Below are positions 26,295-38,669 of a stretch of 64,000 bases of DNA, in pieces. Position numbers and translations under genes: made by a program. The stretch is from Octopus vulgaris. Taxonomy: Eukaryota. The DNA lies in NCBI GenBank assembly GCA_951406725.2, contig OX597815.1, forward strand, positions 178,746,001-178,810,000, given 5' to 3'. The notes below the pieces were generated by a model that saw nothing but the letters and a program-made list of their open reading frames with translations, made no database searches and was not told the origin of the DNA. Position 1 is the first letter of the stretch; every line of letters starts with the position of its first letter.

Positions 26295-26689
26295 TCTTTA
26301 TATATAAAAGTGAAGTTGTGTGTCTGTCTCCTACGATTTAGATTCCTAACTACTCCCACATTTTGCGGTGCAGTTTAACCAAAACCGGGTATCTTGTAGT
26401 CGTGATTCATATCGAGCCCTTCTGGGTATTAGCGCGCATCTACGATGAGTCTACGATTTAAAAAAAATTTACTATAATTTTTTTCATTTTAATGCATTAT
26501 TTCGCTATTATATAAGGGAAGTAACTCTCTAAAAATGTCTACGATGAGTCAACGATTTAAAAAAAATTTACCATAATTTCTTTTCCATTTTTAGTGCATT
26601 TTTTTGCTATTTTTTGGCTATAACTCTCTAAAAATGCTTATATAGTTATTTCCCTTACAAACCCGAGCAACGCCGGGCGATACTGCTAG
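26295..26689 (+). mobile_element. Non-autonomous Helitron with the same termini but a different interior
   Basis: tctttatatataaaagtgaagttg...cccgagcaacgccgggcgatactgCTAG-t. Confidence 0.7.
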
Positions 26690-27014
26690 TAAATAATAAA
26701 CCATAAAATAAATTATTTTTCAAAATGAAATAAAATTAACAGTAAAATGTAAAATAATATTTATTTTTGTATACTTCCACTTGATATTTAAAAAGTTACT
26801 CTCCTACTTTCTTTAATTGTGAAATCTGATCAAAAGATCCTCACTATGACACCACAAACACTTTGAAATTATATTTTCAATCACATAAACCATTTCGAAA
26901 ATTATTATAGCAAGTTTAAAGCGATTTCTTTTGTGCTGTAAACCCATTACCATTTCTGTGGTACCCCACCCTTTCCTTTGATGCCCTAATCATGTGCTTA
27001 TTATTTTTTTTTTA

Positions 27015-27447
27015 TTGCCTACAAGGGGCTAAACATAGAGACGACAAACAAGGACAGATAAAGGGATTAAGTCGATTACATCGACTCCAGTGCATAACTG
27101 GTACTTAATTTAAGGCGGTGAGCTGGCAGAAACGTTAGCACACCAGGCGAAATGCGTAGCCATATTTCGTCTGTCGTTACGTTGTGAGTTCAAATTCCAC
27201 CGAGGTCGACTTTACCTTTCATCCTTTTGGGGTCGATAAATTAAGTACCAGTACGATGTAATTGACTTAATACCTATGTCTGTCCTTGTTTAGCCCCTTG
27301 TGGGTAATAATGAAATAGGTACTTAATTTATCGACCCCGAAAGGATGAAAGACAAAGTCGACCTCGGCGGAATTTGAACTCAGAATGTAACGGCAGACGA
27401 AATACCGCTGAACATTTCGTCCGGCGCGCTAACCATTCTGCCAGCTT
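27015..27447. mobile_element. Composite family C SINE, same nested structure
   Basis: Inner copy 27112-27317 flanked by ggtacttaattt. Confidence 0.85.
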
Positions 27448-28501
27448 CTGTTTTGCATAACAGTTAATGCAGCACTGGTAAGCATTATTTTTGGCAGGGT
27501 TTGAAATAAAAAAATTTGAAGTACTGAACAAATGCTACATGTTCATTAAATTGAACCACAGCACCGTATAGCATCACCGAGATTTTTTTCTCATCTGGTA
27601 CTCTTGATGTGGATGCTGACTCAGTTGCTAAATACCACGTCATATTGAATTAAATAAATGAGATTATCTGAACCAAACACTTGTTGAGTTTTAATTACCA
27701 TTGTTATGATTGTATTATTATTTAGCTACAGAAATAGCGAGAACGGCGTTCAGCCAGATAAATATACTAGACACCTGACATAGAGAGATTATTCCAACAG
27801 CAATGCGGATATCCGATTAATTTCAACATTAAGAAGAAGAAGAAGAAAAACAAAAAAAAAAAAAAACGTCCCAACCACCACCACTGCCGCCAACATCGCT
27901 GCAACTAGAGAAAACCGTCACCAACCGAAGCAGTAGCTGCAAGGAAGATTATTGTATTTTCAACTACTTAACTGGGTTTATCTGAAAATAACAATGAGTT
28001 AACTCTCGGGGGTTTTATACCAGCAAGATGTGTGTGTGTGTGTGTTTGTTTCTACATACTTTGTACACTTTATGTATCATGGCTGAGGAGAGTTTAAATT
28101 CAAGATATTTTTCTTATTCATAGATTAACATTTCAAATTAATAAGCATTTTCATCGTCATCATCGTAATTTAAGATCCGTTTTCCATGCCAGCATGGGTT
28201 GAACAGTTTGACAGGATCTAGCAAGGCCAGCAACCACACCAGATTCCATTGTTTGTTCTGGCATGGTTTCTATGACTAGATGGGTTGGACGGTTAGACTG
28301 AGGCCTGGAGAGCCAGCAGTTTCCATCTACCAAATCCACTCACAAGGCTTTAGTAGAAGACAATGGCCCAAGGTGCCATGCAATAGAACTAAGCCTGGAA
28401 CCACATGGTTAAGAAGGAAACTTCTTAGCACACAGTCACACCTCCTTCATTTAATCATTAAAAGAAGACGTCTGCAACATGACCCAGTATCTCAAAGGTG
28501 A

Positions 28502-28673
28502 AGGCGCAGGAGTGGCTGTGTGGTAAGTAGCTTGCTTACCAACCACATGGTTCCGGGTTCAGTCCCACTGCGTGGCACCTTGGGCAAGTGTCTTCTACTA
28601 TAGCCTCGGGCTGACCAAAGCCTTGTGAGTGGATTTGGTAGATGGAAACTAAAAGAAGCCCGTTGTGTATATG

Positions 28674-28708
<35 letters not shown>

Positions 28709-28885
28709 TTATGTTTGTCCCCCCAACATCGCTTGACAACCGATGGTGGTGTGTTTACGTCCCCGTAACTTAGCGGTTCAGCAAAAGAGACCGATAGAAT
28801 AAGTACTAGGATTACAAAGAATAAGTCCTGGGGCCGATTTGCTCAACTAAAGGCACTGCTCCAGCATGGCCACAGTCAAATGACT
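28502..28885 (+). mobile_element. SINE family A
   Basis: Full-length match. Confidence 0.9.
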
Positions 28886-29141
28886 GAAACAAGAAAAAGA
28901 GTAAAGGATTAATAGAGAACACTAACTAGACTTGTGATTAAAGATCCCATACAGACACTGTCGCCAAATACAGCAGACACAGAAGTTGCATTGTGATTTC
29001 TGACAGATACTACAACTTGCATTCAAATCCAAAAACTGATATTAGTTGCACAAAATGTGAAAACTGTTCCTATAAATATTGTATGGCAATAAAACCTATG
29101 ATATTGTTTTATATCCTCATCAGTTAATATTCGTTTTCATG

Positions 29142-29360
29142 CTCCTCAAGCACAGCGGGACGTTCTGGGATCCAGGGTTCTTTGAATGGGCAGGGACTAT
29201 GCGGAACTGGTGCAGGAAGCAGCCCGGGTCTTTGCAGTCACAGCATTTATGCACAATGCTGTGACTGCAAAGACCCGGGCTGCTTCCTGCACCAGTTCCG
29301 CATAGTCCCTGCCCATTCAAAGAACCCTGGATCCCAGAACGTCCCGCTGTGCTTGAGGAG
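29142..29360. repeat. Perfect palindrome, 106-bp arms and 7-nt loop, at the 5' end of a family B SINE
   Basis: 29142-29247 is the exact reverse complement of 29255-29360. Confidence 0.95.
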
Positions 29361-30074
29361 ACCTGTTGAGTCATGAACATCGAAATATCAATGGAAATAG
29401 TAGTTGTGATACCTGTGCCGGTGGCACATAAAAAATCACCATCCGTACGTGGCCGTTGCCAGCTCCGCCTCGACTGGCTCCAGTGCCGGTGGCACATAAA
29501 AAAGCACCATCTGAACTTGGCTGGCTTCCGTGCTGGTGGCACGTTAAAAGCTCCAACCGATCGTGGCCGATGCCAGACCCCCCTCCTGGCACCTGTGCAG
29601 GTGGCACGTAATAAAAACACCCACTACACTCGCTGTGGACAACATATATGTGAATGAATGAATGAGTGAATGACTGAATGAATGAATGGAGACAACATGC
29701 TATGGGAGAGACTGCTTAGTCCAGTGGGAGACAGCTGGTGGAATGACATATGCACTGAGTCAACCCCCGTAAACAGGATGGCAACGGGGGAGAGTGTATA
29801 ATAAGAACGCTAAAGCAGAAACAGGACTGACAGAGCAATTACGATGGCCAGTTTTTCTCTTTTACTGCGTTTCAGGTGCTGTCGGATATGACTACTAGAG
29901 AAGAAATGCTTTGAGAGCAGGACAACTCGGACAGCAAGAAAGACAAAAAAAAAAAAAAACAGGTGCAAAACGATATGTCTTGTCTGACATTTGTTTCAGT
30001 TGTTAAGACTGGTACTTATTGCATCGGTCTCTTTTGATGAACTGCTAAGTTACAGGAATGTAAACACACCAACA

Positions 30075-30545
30075 CCATCATCATCATCATCATCGTTTGA
30101 CGTCTGCTTTCCATGCTGGCATGGATTGGACGGTTTGACTGAGGACTGGCAAGCCAATAGGCTGCAGCAGGCTCCAATCTGAATTTGGCAAGGTTTCTGC
30201 AACTGGATGCCCTTCCTAACACCAACCACTCCAAGAGTGTAGTGGGTACTTTTTACATCCCACTGGCACTGGCTCAAAGAGTGCTTTTTACATACCAGCG
30301 GCACTGGCATCAGCCACGCTTGAATGGTTCCTTTTTACATGCCAGTCAGGCAGCACTGGCATTGCCCACATCAAAGATTTCACTTGACTCAGCAGGTCTT
30401 CTCAGGCACAGCATATTGCCCAATGATTGAAGGGTACTTTTAAATGGGCCAGTTATGCAACACTGGTGTTGGCCACTGCTACAATCTCACTAGGCTTGCT
30501 CGGTCTTCTCAAGCACAGCATATCTCCAAAGGTCTCAGTCGCTTG
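30075..30545 (-). mobile_element. SINE family B inserted in a family A copy
   Basis: The A sequence resumes at about 30545. Confidence 0.8.
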
Positions 30546-30861
30546 TCAACACTGGCTGTCAAAAGGTGGTGAGGGACAAGGACAGACACAAAGATACACA
30601 CACACATATATGACGCACTTCTTTCAGTTTCCATCTACCAAATCCACTCACAAGCCTGAGGTGATAGAAGATGTGCCAAATATGCCACACAGTGGAATTG
30701 AACCTGGAACCATGTGGTTGGGAAGCAAATTTCAGACCACTCAGCTACAGCACATATCTTTCAGAAAAACTGTTTAATGTAAATGTACTGGTCAAAAAAA
30801 TTCTCGTCTTCTCTAATGCAACAGCCCAAGAGATAGAGAATTAGACTGTTGACTGTAAAAC

Positions 30862-31198
30862 CCTTGGAGTAAAGATATTTGCCAACATAACATGGCAGTC
30901 CTGGATTAGGACGAATATTGCTGTGATTTAGCCCAGAAATGTTCCTGTAATAACCTGGAAATCATGATACACAGATTTTGTTTTGAGCTGAGTAGGGGTG
31001 CTAGATTCCCTTGTTCGAAAATATAAGGACACAGATCATGTTGTATAACCAGCTGGAGACAATGTCTCCTGGGGCTCAATTACAGCAACATTCGTCCTAA
31101 ACCAGGAGTGCCATGTTATGTTGGCAAACGATCTTTACTCCAAAGTACTGTTGCTGAATACCTCTCATTGTGAGATTTACAAATAGTAATTTTCTAAT
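30862..31198. repeat. Second copy of the 12.8 kb foldback element (left arm partly deleted)
   Basis: Direct sequence similarity to 12824-13250. Confidence 0.8.
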
Positions 31199-31521
31199 GT
31201 AAAATCTTTCTTAGAAACAATTATGTGCTCTTTTCAATTTGTTAAAAGTGCAATTTCCTCTTGTTGCACAATTGCTGAACTTAAGCAGGATCAGACTTTG
31301 CTAGCACTTAGCAAACACATCCTGTTACTAGAGCTGCCTTCCTTCTCGGAGAGAGGGAAAATTTTACAAAAACCATTTTGTTGTCTGAAACTATTGTTTA
31401 ACCCAAGGTCAGCTTCCAGCAGACCTACAACTAAAGAAATTCAAGACATAACTGTCCCATCTTTTAGAGAATGCTTCCTACATTATACAATGTGTATCTA
31501 TAACAAAAAGGTGAGATTTAA

Positions 31522-31742
31522 CCCTTTCATTACCAACCCAGCTGAAACCGCCTCTAGCTTTGTAGTTCAAATGTCTTGTTTTCATAAATTTTGAATAAAA
31601 ATCTTCCACCAAACCATAGTCGTAATTTATCTTCCTAACACTAGCTTAATGATAACTAAGTTATCTTACTAAATTCTTTGTTATATTTAACGTAATTGAA
31701 AGAAACACAGAACATCTCAAATTAAATACGGTAATGAAAGGG
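31522..31742. mobile_element. piggyBac-like MITE (220-bp family)
   Basis: TTAA TSD; CCCTTTCATTACC/GGTAATGAAAGGG terminal repeats; four copies in the window. Confidence 0.8.
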
Positions 31743-32234
31743 TTAAGAGAGATCATTTGACTGGTGTTTCAAGCAACACAGGTAGCATCGTAGAGACTGT
31801 CTATTGGTACAAAAGCTCAGACAACTAAAGGTTTCTCAGCATTTTACTTCGGTACTTTACTTTTCTCAGTTCAAGTCTGACCATTATCAATTGCTTTCCC
31901 ACTAGAATAAACACCACCACTACTATTTTCAGGTACAATCATCATTTACCTGCCATAGGATTAGAGTTAAGCAAACAGTAGGCAAATTGGCCCCTGCTGG
32001 GAGCCTGACTGTTTGGGAGCACTGTTTGGAACACACCACAATTTCTAGGTGCAGATAGGGGAAGGCAGAATAAGTAACTAGAATTGAAACTAGTTGATAA
32101 TGGCATTCTCAGAAAAACTAATTTCACACACACACACACACAAACGGGTTTTCCCATGAATGAAACTTACACATAAATATGAAAGGAAGTGATTGAAGTG
32201 TGTGTGTGTGTGTACATATAACCCATGGCCAATA

Positions 32235-32800
32235 TCAGTGGTGAAAGCAGCCCACTTAGGCATACCTTTCCTTCATTGGACACTAAACTCTGCTTGCAAA
32301 GACCTGTTGAGGCAAGTGAAATTGAAATCATATTCGATGACAGCACTGCTTGACTGGCATCCATGCTAGTGGAGCACTAAGAGCACCATCCGAGCATAAT
32401 TGTTGCCAGGGCCGCTGACTGGCTTCCGTGCCAGCGGCACGTAAAAATCACCATTCGAGCGTGATCGTTACCAGCATCGCTTTACTGGCACATGATAAAC
32501 AACATTCAAGCGAGGTCGTTGCCAGTGCTGCTGGGCTGGCTCCTGTGCAGGTGGCATGTAAAAACACCATTTGAGCGTGGCCGTTGCCAGTAATGCCTGA
32601 CTGGCCCTCGTGCTGGTGGCACGTAAAAGCACCCACTACACTCTCAGAGTGGTTGGCATTAGGAAGAGCATCTAGCTGTAGAAAGTCTGACAGATCAGAG
32701 TGGAGTGTGGTGCAGCCATCTGGCTCGCCAGTCCTCAGTCAAACCATCCAACCCATGCCAGCATGGAAAGCAGATGTTAAACGACGACGACGATGATGAT
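32235..32800 (+). mobile_element. Long family B copy
   Basis: Extended 5' region with several internal repeats. Confidence 0.85.
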
Positions 32801-33844
32801 GGGTTTCTTTCAGTTTCTGTCTACCAAACCCACTCACAAGGCTTTGGTCAGCCTGAAGCTATAGTAGAAGATACTTGCCCAAGGTGCCACGCAGTGGGAC
32901 TGAACCTGGAACCTTGTGGTTGGTAAGCAAGCTACTTACCGCACAGTTGTTCTGAAATTATTGTATCATCAGTTTTTCATATATTCACACCCACAAATGC
33001 ATGCACTCACACATTCACACAACAGTCAGCATACATACATCATACTTACTAAACTAGAAATTCCACACTTGTATCATTTACGGATATTTGTATCATTTAC
33101 GAACACAATCCATTCGTTTGATTATATTTTCAAGTGAAATATGAATAAAGTGTTTGAATAAGCCTTCCTACTTAAGTTTTCTGTCTTTGGCCAATACTGT
33201 AATGCTATAATGTTAAGCAAAGCTGGATATGACACAAGCTGTTACACAGAGCTTTGAAACCTCTCTCTGGAAGTTTACTTCAAATTGTAATTATATTTGT
33301 GTACGAACTCAACTGCAACAACAGAACAAAACGAATATATCATCCTCAGAGTACAAGTTTGGATTACAAGTTACTTACCTATGACTACATCCATGAAATT
33401 ATAACACCATCAATTCTTTTATACATACATACATTCATACATACATACATACACATATATGATTGCTATCCACTCATGACCAAGAAAGACCATTGTTGAC
33501 CTTTAGGAACATTGTGCGCCCTAGGACTAATTTATATTTTGCATTGGCTAATGAGCCCTGTTCTTGACAAGCATACACAACTGCGAACCAAGCTCTCCCC
33601 ATTCACTACACAAGCAGTGTACTTTTGCACACCACACTTAAATTCTTCCTGAAGAATACATGCTCTCTCAAAAGTGTTGACCCCACTCCTTAACTTAACT
33701 TGCTTCCTTCATCTGTGGTGATGACTGACATAGCTCTCCCAGTCGGTTTTCTGCATATCACAGGCCTTTAATGAGGATTTGACAGTCCTTAAATCGCAGC
33801 CTTGGTTTCTGCCAGGGTCTCTTTCCACTAACAAGTTCCCCCGG

Positions 33845-34022
33845 TAGCCACTACACACATTTTTTTTCTCTCTCCTTGTTTTTTTTTTTCTGCGTCCCTT
33901 TCTGTAGGAGAGCATAGACTCGAAACGTAAAAGACTTTTTCGATTCCTGAACGTTATACTAATACATCTGTTTGTTTTCTACACCACCTGCCTTCGTCTT
34001 TTGTTTTTTTCGTGAACTCTCC
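33845..34022 (+). mobile_element. Second copy of the 5640-5840 family, about 130 bp upstream of the GPCR ATG
   Basis: Shared gagcatag(g/a)ctcgaaacgtaaaagacttttt...atactaataca...cacctgcc. Confidence 0.6.
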
Positions 34023-34155
34023 ACATACATACATACATATACAAACATAGACACACACAGACACACATATATATATATACATATATATATACATATCCAC
34101 AATTAACGTATAGGCATTATACTCACTAAACTAGAACCTACACACTGGTTTCAAC

Positions 34156-35082
34156 ATGAATGCAACCCATTTGTCTGATCCTGTTTTGTTTACAAGATTA
34201 CTTGCTTTTAGTATCATACCCTTCTTCCTGATAGTGGGACTCGTTGGTAACATGTTTGTGATATATATTTATGCCCGACAGTCCCAGAAAAGCAATGTAG
34301 AGGCCTTCATCCTTGTGCTAGCAGTGAATGATCTGATTGGATGTATCTTTGGACTGCCTCTGGAAATGGCTGAACTTTACCCTGCAATACAATCAGAATA
34401 TTTGTGTAAATCATACAAGTTTGTTGTCTTCGCCTACTGTGTCGTGTCGTCCTTGATTCTGTTTACCATTGCTGTCGAAAGATTCAGAAAAATATGTTGT
34501 CCACATGGCAAACAAATTACTCCGAAACTACGGCAACCTCTTATCATTTTCATAACTGTAATATCAGTTGCATTGGTACTGCCAGTTCTGTTTTACTTTG
34601 AAGGTTTTCCCTTCATCCACGAAAACACGATATACATGATATGTGGCTGTGACCTCAGAAGGTCACCTCTCTGGTATTATGCTCTGGCAACATTAATTAT
34701 TTACATTATGCTTCTCTTGACCATGACTGTACTTTATTTGTTTGTTCAGAAGACCATTACTCAGCGTTTCAGGAAAAGGCAAGGTAAAGAAGCAGCTTCG
34801 CAAACAAGAACGAATCAATCGCACACAAACCTTGTTCTTGTCTCAATCTCCATTTTGTTTTTTGTCAGTTTTTCACTAACCCTTATCTTCTTTGTCGTAT
34901 ATCCATACTTCAAAGATTCTAACTTGTTGCAGATATTCAAGGTAGTTTTCTATCGTACTTGGATACTGAACTCATCTTTAAACCCCATGGTGTATGGATT
35001 TTGTAACAAAATATTCCGCAAAAGTTTTGCAAATATATTTACTAGGAGTAAAAGTGCCTTTGAAATGGAAGAGAATCTTTAA
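34156..35082 (+). CDS. Intronless rhodopsin-like (class A) GPCR, orphan/peptide-receptor-like, 308 aa
   Basis: Seven hydrophobic segments. N-glycosylation site MNAT; TM1 GLVGN; TM2 LAVNDL; TM3 Cys (LCK) and IAVERF (E/DRY equivalent); ECL2 Cys; TM7 NSSLNPMVY (NPxxY); helix 8 FCNKIFRKSF. AATAAA at about 35204. Confidence 0.95.
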   Translation: MNATHLSDPVLFTRLLAFSIIPFFLIVGLVGNMFVIYIYARQSQKSNVEAFILVLAVNDLIGCIFGLPLEMAELYPAIQSEYLCKSYKFVVFAYCVVSSLILFTIAVERFRKICCPHGKQITPKLRQPLIIFITVISVALVLPVLFYFEGFPFIHENTIYMICGCDLRRSPLWYYALATLIIYIMLLLTMTVLYLFVQKTITQRFRKRQGKEAASQTRTNQSHTNLVLVSISILFFVSFSLTLIFFVVYPYFKDSNLLQIFKVVFYRTWILNSSLNPMVYGFCNKIFRKSFANIFTRSKSAFEMEENL

Positions 35083-35920
35083 GATTTGGTTTACACCATA
35101 TATTTTAATATAGAGGAATATTTTCAAGTAGCAGAAACATTTTCTTTGCTTACCATTTCATAGGAAATGCACTCTATTTTTTCTTTTTTTCTTTTTTATT
35201 GAAAATAAATCAACGATTGAGGTGTTTAATGAAATAACTACCTTTTCTGTTTTTATTTTAATATTTAGAGAATTACATTTTTTTTCATAAAATTGGAATG
35301 TTTTAATTTAAATCTGAATATTTCAAGATCTGCTGTTTGTATCCTTAACCCAGAGTCAAGTCTAAGGTAGGTCAATATCAGAAAGATCAATTTGAACATC
35401 TGAACATTTCTCTATAACATATTTCCTTTAGTTTCTGTTGTTATTTTACACCATCTGTGGGAACATAACCATTCTTGTAAGACTTTAAATTCGAAACTAT
35501 TTGAATCCCACAGTTTCTGAATTACATTTTAAATCTACATTTGAAAAATACAGGGAAGTTAAACAAAATTGTTGTTGTTGTTGTTATTATCATCGGTTAC
35601 CATCATCATCATCATGGTTACCATCATCACTATCATGATGAGAAAATTTAAGTTGTTAATATTTTTGAAGTGGTTTCAAAATTGCTAACACTTAGTAGAT
35701 TGGTTTTGAATTCTTTCCCTGCCAAATGTAGAGTTCAGGAGAGGTGAAAGCATTTTTGGCATCATATGGTGTGCACGGGTAGCACGTTCATGCCAGTGCC
35801 ACTGTGAAAGAAGCATGTTCATATGTCTGATCTATCCATGTTACCAATCAGATCTTGTTTGTAAATGTTTTGAATCAAGGAATTTCATGTTTTGGGGATT
35901 GTATTTAAAAGATGGCTTAA

Positions 35921-36141
35921 CCCTTTCGTTACCAACCCGGCTGAAACGGCCTCTGGCACTGAGTACAAATGTCTTGTTTTCATAACTTTTGAATTAAAAT
36001 CTTCCACCAAACCTTTATCACAATTTATGTTCCTGACACTAGCTTAATGATAACTAAGTTATTTTACTAAATTCTTTGTTAGATTTAAAATTAATTGAAA
36101 GAAACAGAGAGCATCTCAACAGAAATATGGTAACAAAAGGG
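35921..36141. mobile_element. piggyBac-like MITE (220-bp family)
   Basis: TTAA TSD and terminal repeats; similar to 31522-31742. Confidence 0.8.
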
Positions 36142-36202
36142 TTAAATTTTTGATGCTTGTTTTGCTATGTTTTTTGTTGTTTACCACCACCTCATTACTA
36201 AT

Positions 36203-36576
36203 TGGCCCAGTGGTTAGGGCAGCGGACTCGCGGTCATAAGATCGCGGTTTCGATTCCCAGACCGGGCGTTGTGAGTGTTTATTGAGCTAAAACACCTAAA
36301 AGCTCCACGAGGCTCCGGCAGGGGATGGTGGTGATCCCTGCTGTACTCTTTCACCACAACTTTCTCTCACTCTTACTTCCTGTTTCTGTTGTACCTGTAT
36401 TTCAAGGGGCCGGCCTTGTCACTCTCTGTGTCACGCTGAATATCCCCGAGAACTACGTTAAGAGTGCACGTATCTGTGGAGTGCTCAGCCACTTACACGT
36501 TAATTTCACGAGCAGGCTGTTCCGTTGATTCAGATCAACCGGAACCCTCATCGTCGTAACCGACAGAGTGCTTCCA
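36203..36576 (+). mobile_element. SINE family D (tRNA-Arg-like head), tail type 1
   Basis: tggcccagtggttagggcagcggactcgcgg...ggtttcgattcc head; tail gtcgtaaccgac.gagtgc, also at 6945-7120, 11140-11330 and 16914-17278 (-). Confidence 0.85.
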
Positions 36577-36726
36577 CTAATTGAGAAGATATCTTTCTTG
36601 CTCTTCAGCATCTGATTTCATCTCATAGGCTTTTATAAAATGAAGTACCATTCAAGCACTTGTGTTTATGGCATCAGTTTACTTCCTTCCCTTAGAACTT
36701 TTGGCCTTGTACCTAAATTAGAAATT

Positions 36727-37045
36727 ATTACCTCCGCCTTTGCTAAGGCGGAGGTATTGTTTTTACTTGTTTGTCTGTTTGTCTGTGGACAAGATATCTC
36801 AAGAACCACTGGATGGATACGGATGAAACTTTCAGGGATGTTTGGCCTCATGACGGGCACAAACTGATTAGAGTTTGGGATCAATCAGGTACCGGACAAG
36901 GATTCTGGATTATCTTCCTGGTTTTTTTACTTAATTTTTGAGAGCAGTTGAGTTTATTTCAGATATTCTCATTTTAAAAATCCTCTCTGGCTAATTGTTG
37001 AGAGGACGTTGGTGTTGCCTTGGCGGAGGTTTGCATTTTCTGAGA
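36727..37045 (+). mobile_element. Helentron-associated (HINE/DINE-1-like) element
   Basis: Subterminal inverted repeats acctccgcc / ggcggaggt, 5' hairpin, (TGTC/TGTT)n microsatellite. Confidence 0.6.
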
Positions 37046-37599
37046 CTCCAAAATGCTCTCTGTCGTCTCACTGATACATGTTACTCTTTTTAAGAAGTTT
37101 AATGAGTTCATCGTAAAATTTTATAGGTGACTAGCAGCTAAGCCCAGTTTCACCCGGTTGGTTTGGATGATGTGGCTGTAAAACCTGCTCTGTGTAAGCA
37201 TTCGACTTGTTTGGCCACGCTTACATTAAAAAGCAATTTTAGAATTACTTTTTTCTGTCAAAACGCTAAGAATAACTGACCAAGAAAAAAACCCAACCAA
37301 GATTCAACCAAATACAAAAAATAAACCCAAATACTAAGCGAACAAAGATGAACCAGCCCACTTCCATTGCACGCACATACGCACACACATTCACATACCC
37401 CCTTTTATATACAAATACATACATTCACAGAGTTGAAATGCTGTTTGATTTTTTTTTCAGCATATAATTTTCATCATCCCACTACCAAGTATGACATCAC
37501 CCCTTCCTTTCTCATTCATAAACACGAGAGGATTATTATAATGGATTATCTTGGAAATCATGGGAGCTATGAAAAAATACAAAGCCCAGCATCACCACC

Positions 37600-38530
37600 A
37601 GATCATTCTACACATCTGTGTGATTTTTCACACAATTCCACCCAGCCGTTTGACCATGAATCCCAAGACAAGAAAGAATTGCCCATGTCAAATTTATATG
37701 TATATATTTTGCTGCCAGAGAACTTCTGCAGGATTTTACCAACTTTTCAATATCTAGATCCATTTTTGGTCAGTAAACGTAACTTCTCATAAGTGTCTTC
37801 ATCCTTGAATTTCCTGGATGTCTAGTGTGGTATTCCTTTAACATTTGATTTTGTAGTGAGACAGGTATTATGACCTTCTGTACTTACATAAGCACATTAT
37901 CACATACTGAATACGAATTCAAAACTATGTTACATCCAGCCACACATATATATTCTTTTATTTGTTTCTTCGAGCTTGATCATTACCAACGTCGCCTCAC
38001 TGGCACCTGTGCTGGTGGCACATGTAAAAAGATTCGAGAGAGGTTGTTGCCAGTACCGCCTGACTGGCGCCCGTGCCGGTGGCACGTAAAAAGCAATCAC
38101 TACACTCTCGGAGTGGTTGGCGTTAGGAAGGGCATCCAGCTGTAGAAACGCTGCCAGATCAGATTGGAGCCTGGTGCAGCTATCTGGTTCGCCAGCCCTC
38201 AGTCAAAATCGTCCAACCCATGATAGCATGGAAAGCGGACGTTAAACGATGATGATGATGATGATGATCTTACCATCGCTTTTATTTTCATGATAAACTC
38301 GTCTGTCTGTTTTAATTTTCATTTCCTCCAATGTGACAGGCAATTCATGCACAACGTTGCACAATATATATTTGATTTTATTTCATTTTCAACTCTTAAT
38401 GCCACTTTCACTGTGTTTTCTAGTGGTTCGCTGTATTTTGCTATTAACTTTGACAAACCATCTGCATGTCCCAATTTTTTTAAATGGCAAATACTCCATC
38501 TTGAAGTCATAATTTAGTACGACTGTTCCC
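37600..38530 (-). pseudogene. Ty3/Gypsy pol remnant (RNase H end to integrase zinc-binding region), interrupted by a family B SINE
   Basis: KKLGHADGLSKLI at about 38480; KVIIPVSLQNQMLKEYHTRHPGNSRMKTLMRSYVY*PKMDLDIEKLVKSC at about 37730-37880. Confidence 0.8.
37972..38268 (+). mobile_element. SINE family B
   Basis: Match to 1227-1596. Confidence 0.85.
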
Positions 38531-38669
38531 TTGCACTGCAATCTGTTGGCTGATTGTGTGATGGATGGATGGATGGATATGGTACTGCACAGGTGTTGAA
38601 ACCATAATGATATCTGTGGGACAGCAGATGATGGAGGTATGTTGGATTGTTGATATTTTTATCATTTAT

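Noticed and set aside
32225-32330. HDV-like or twister ribozyme at the 5' end of family B (hairpin cttg..gaagacctgttgag..caag-tgaaa)
   Set aside because: A hairpin motif recurs in several copies, but I could not build the required pseudoknots or a proper hammerhead core by eye.
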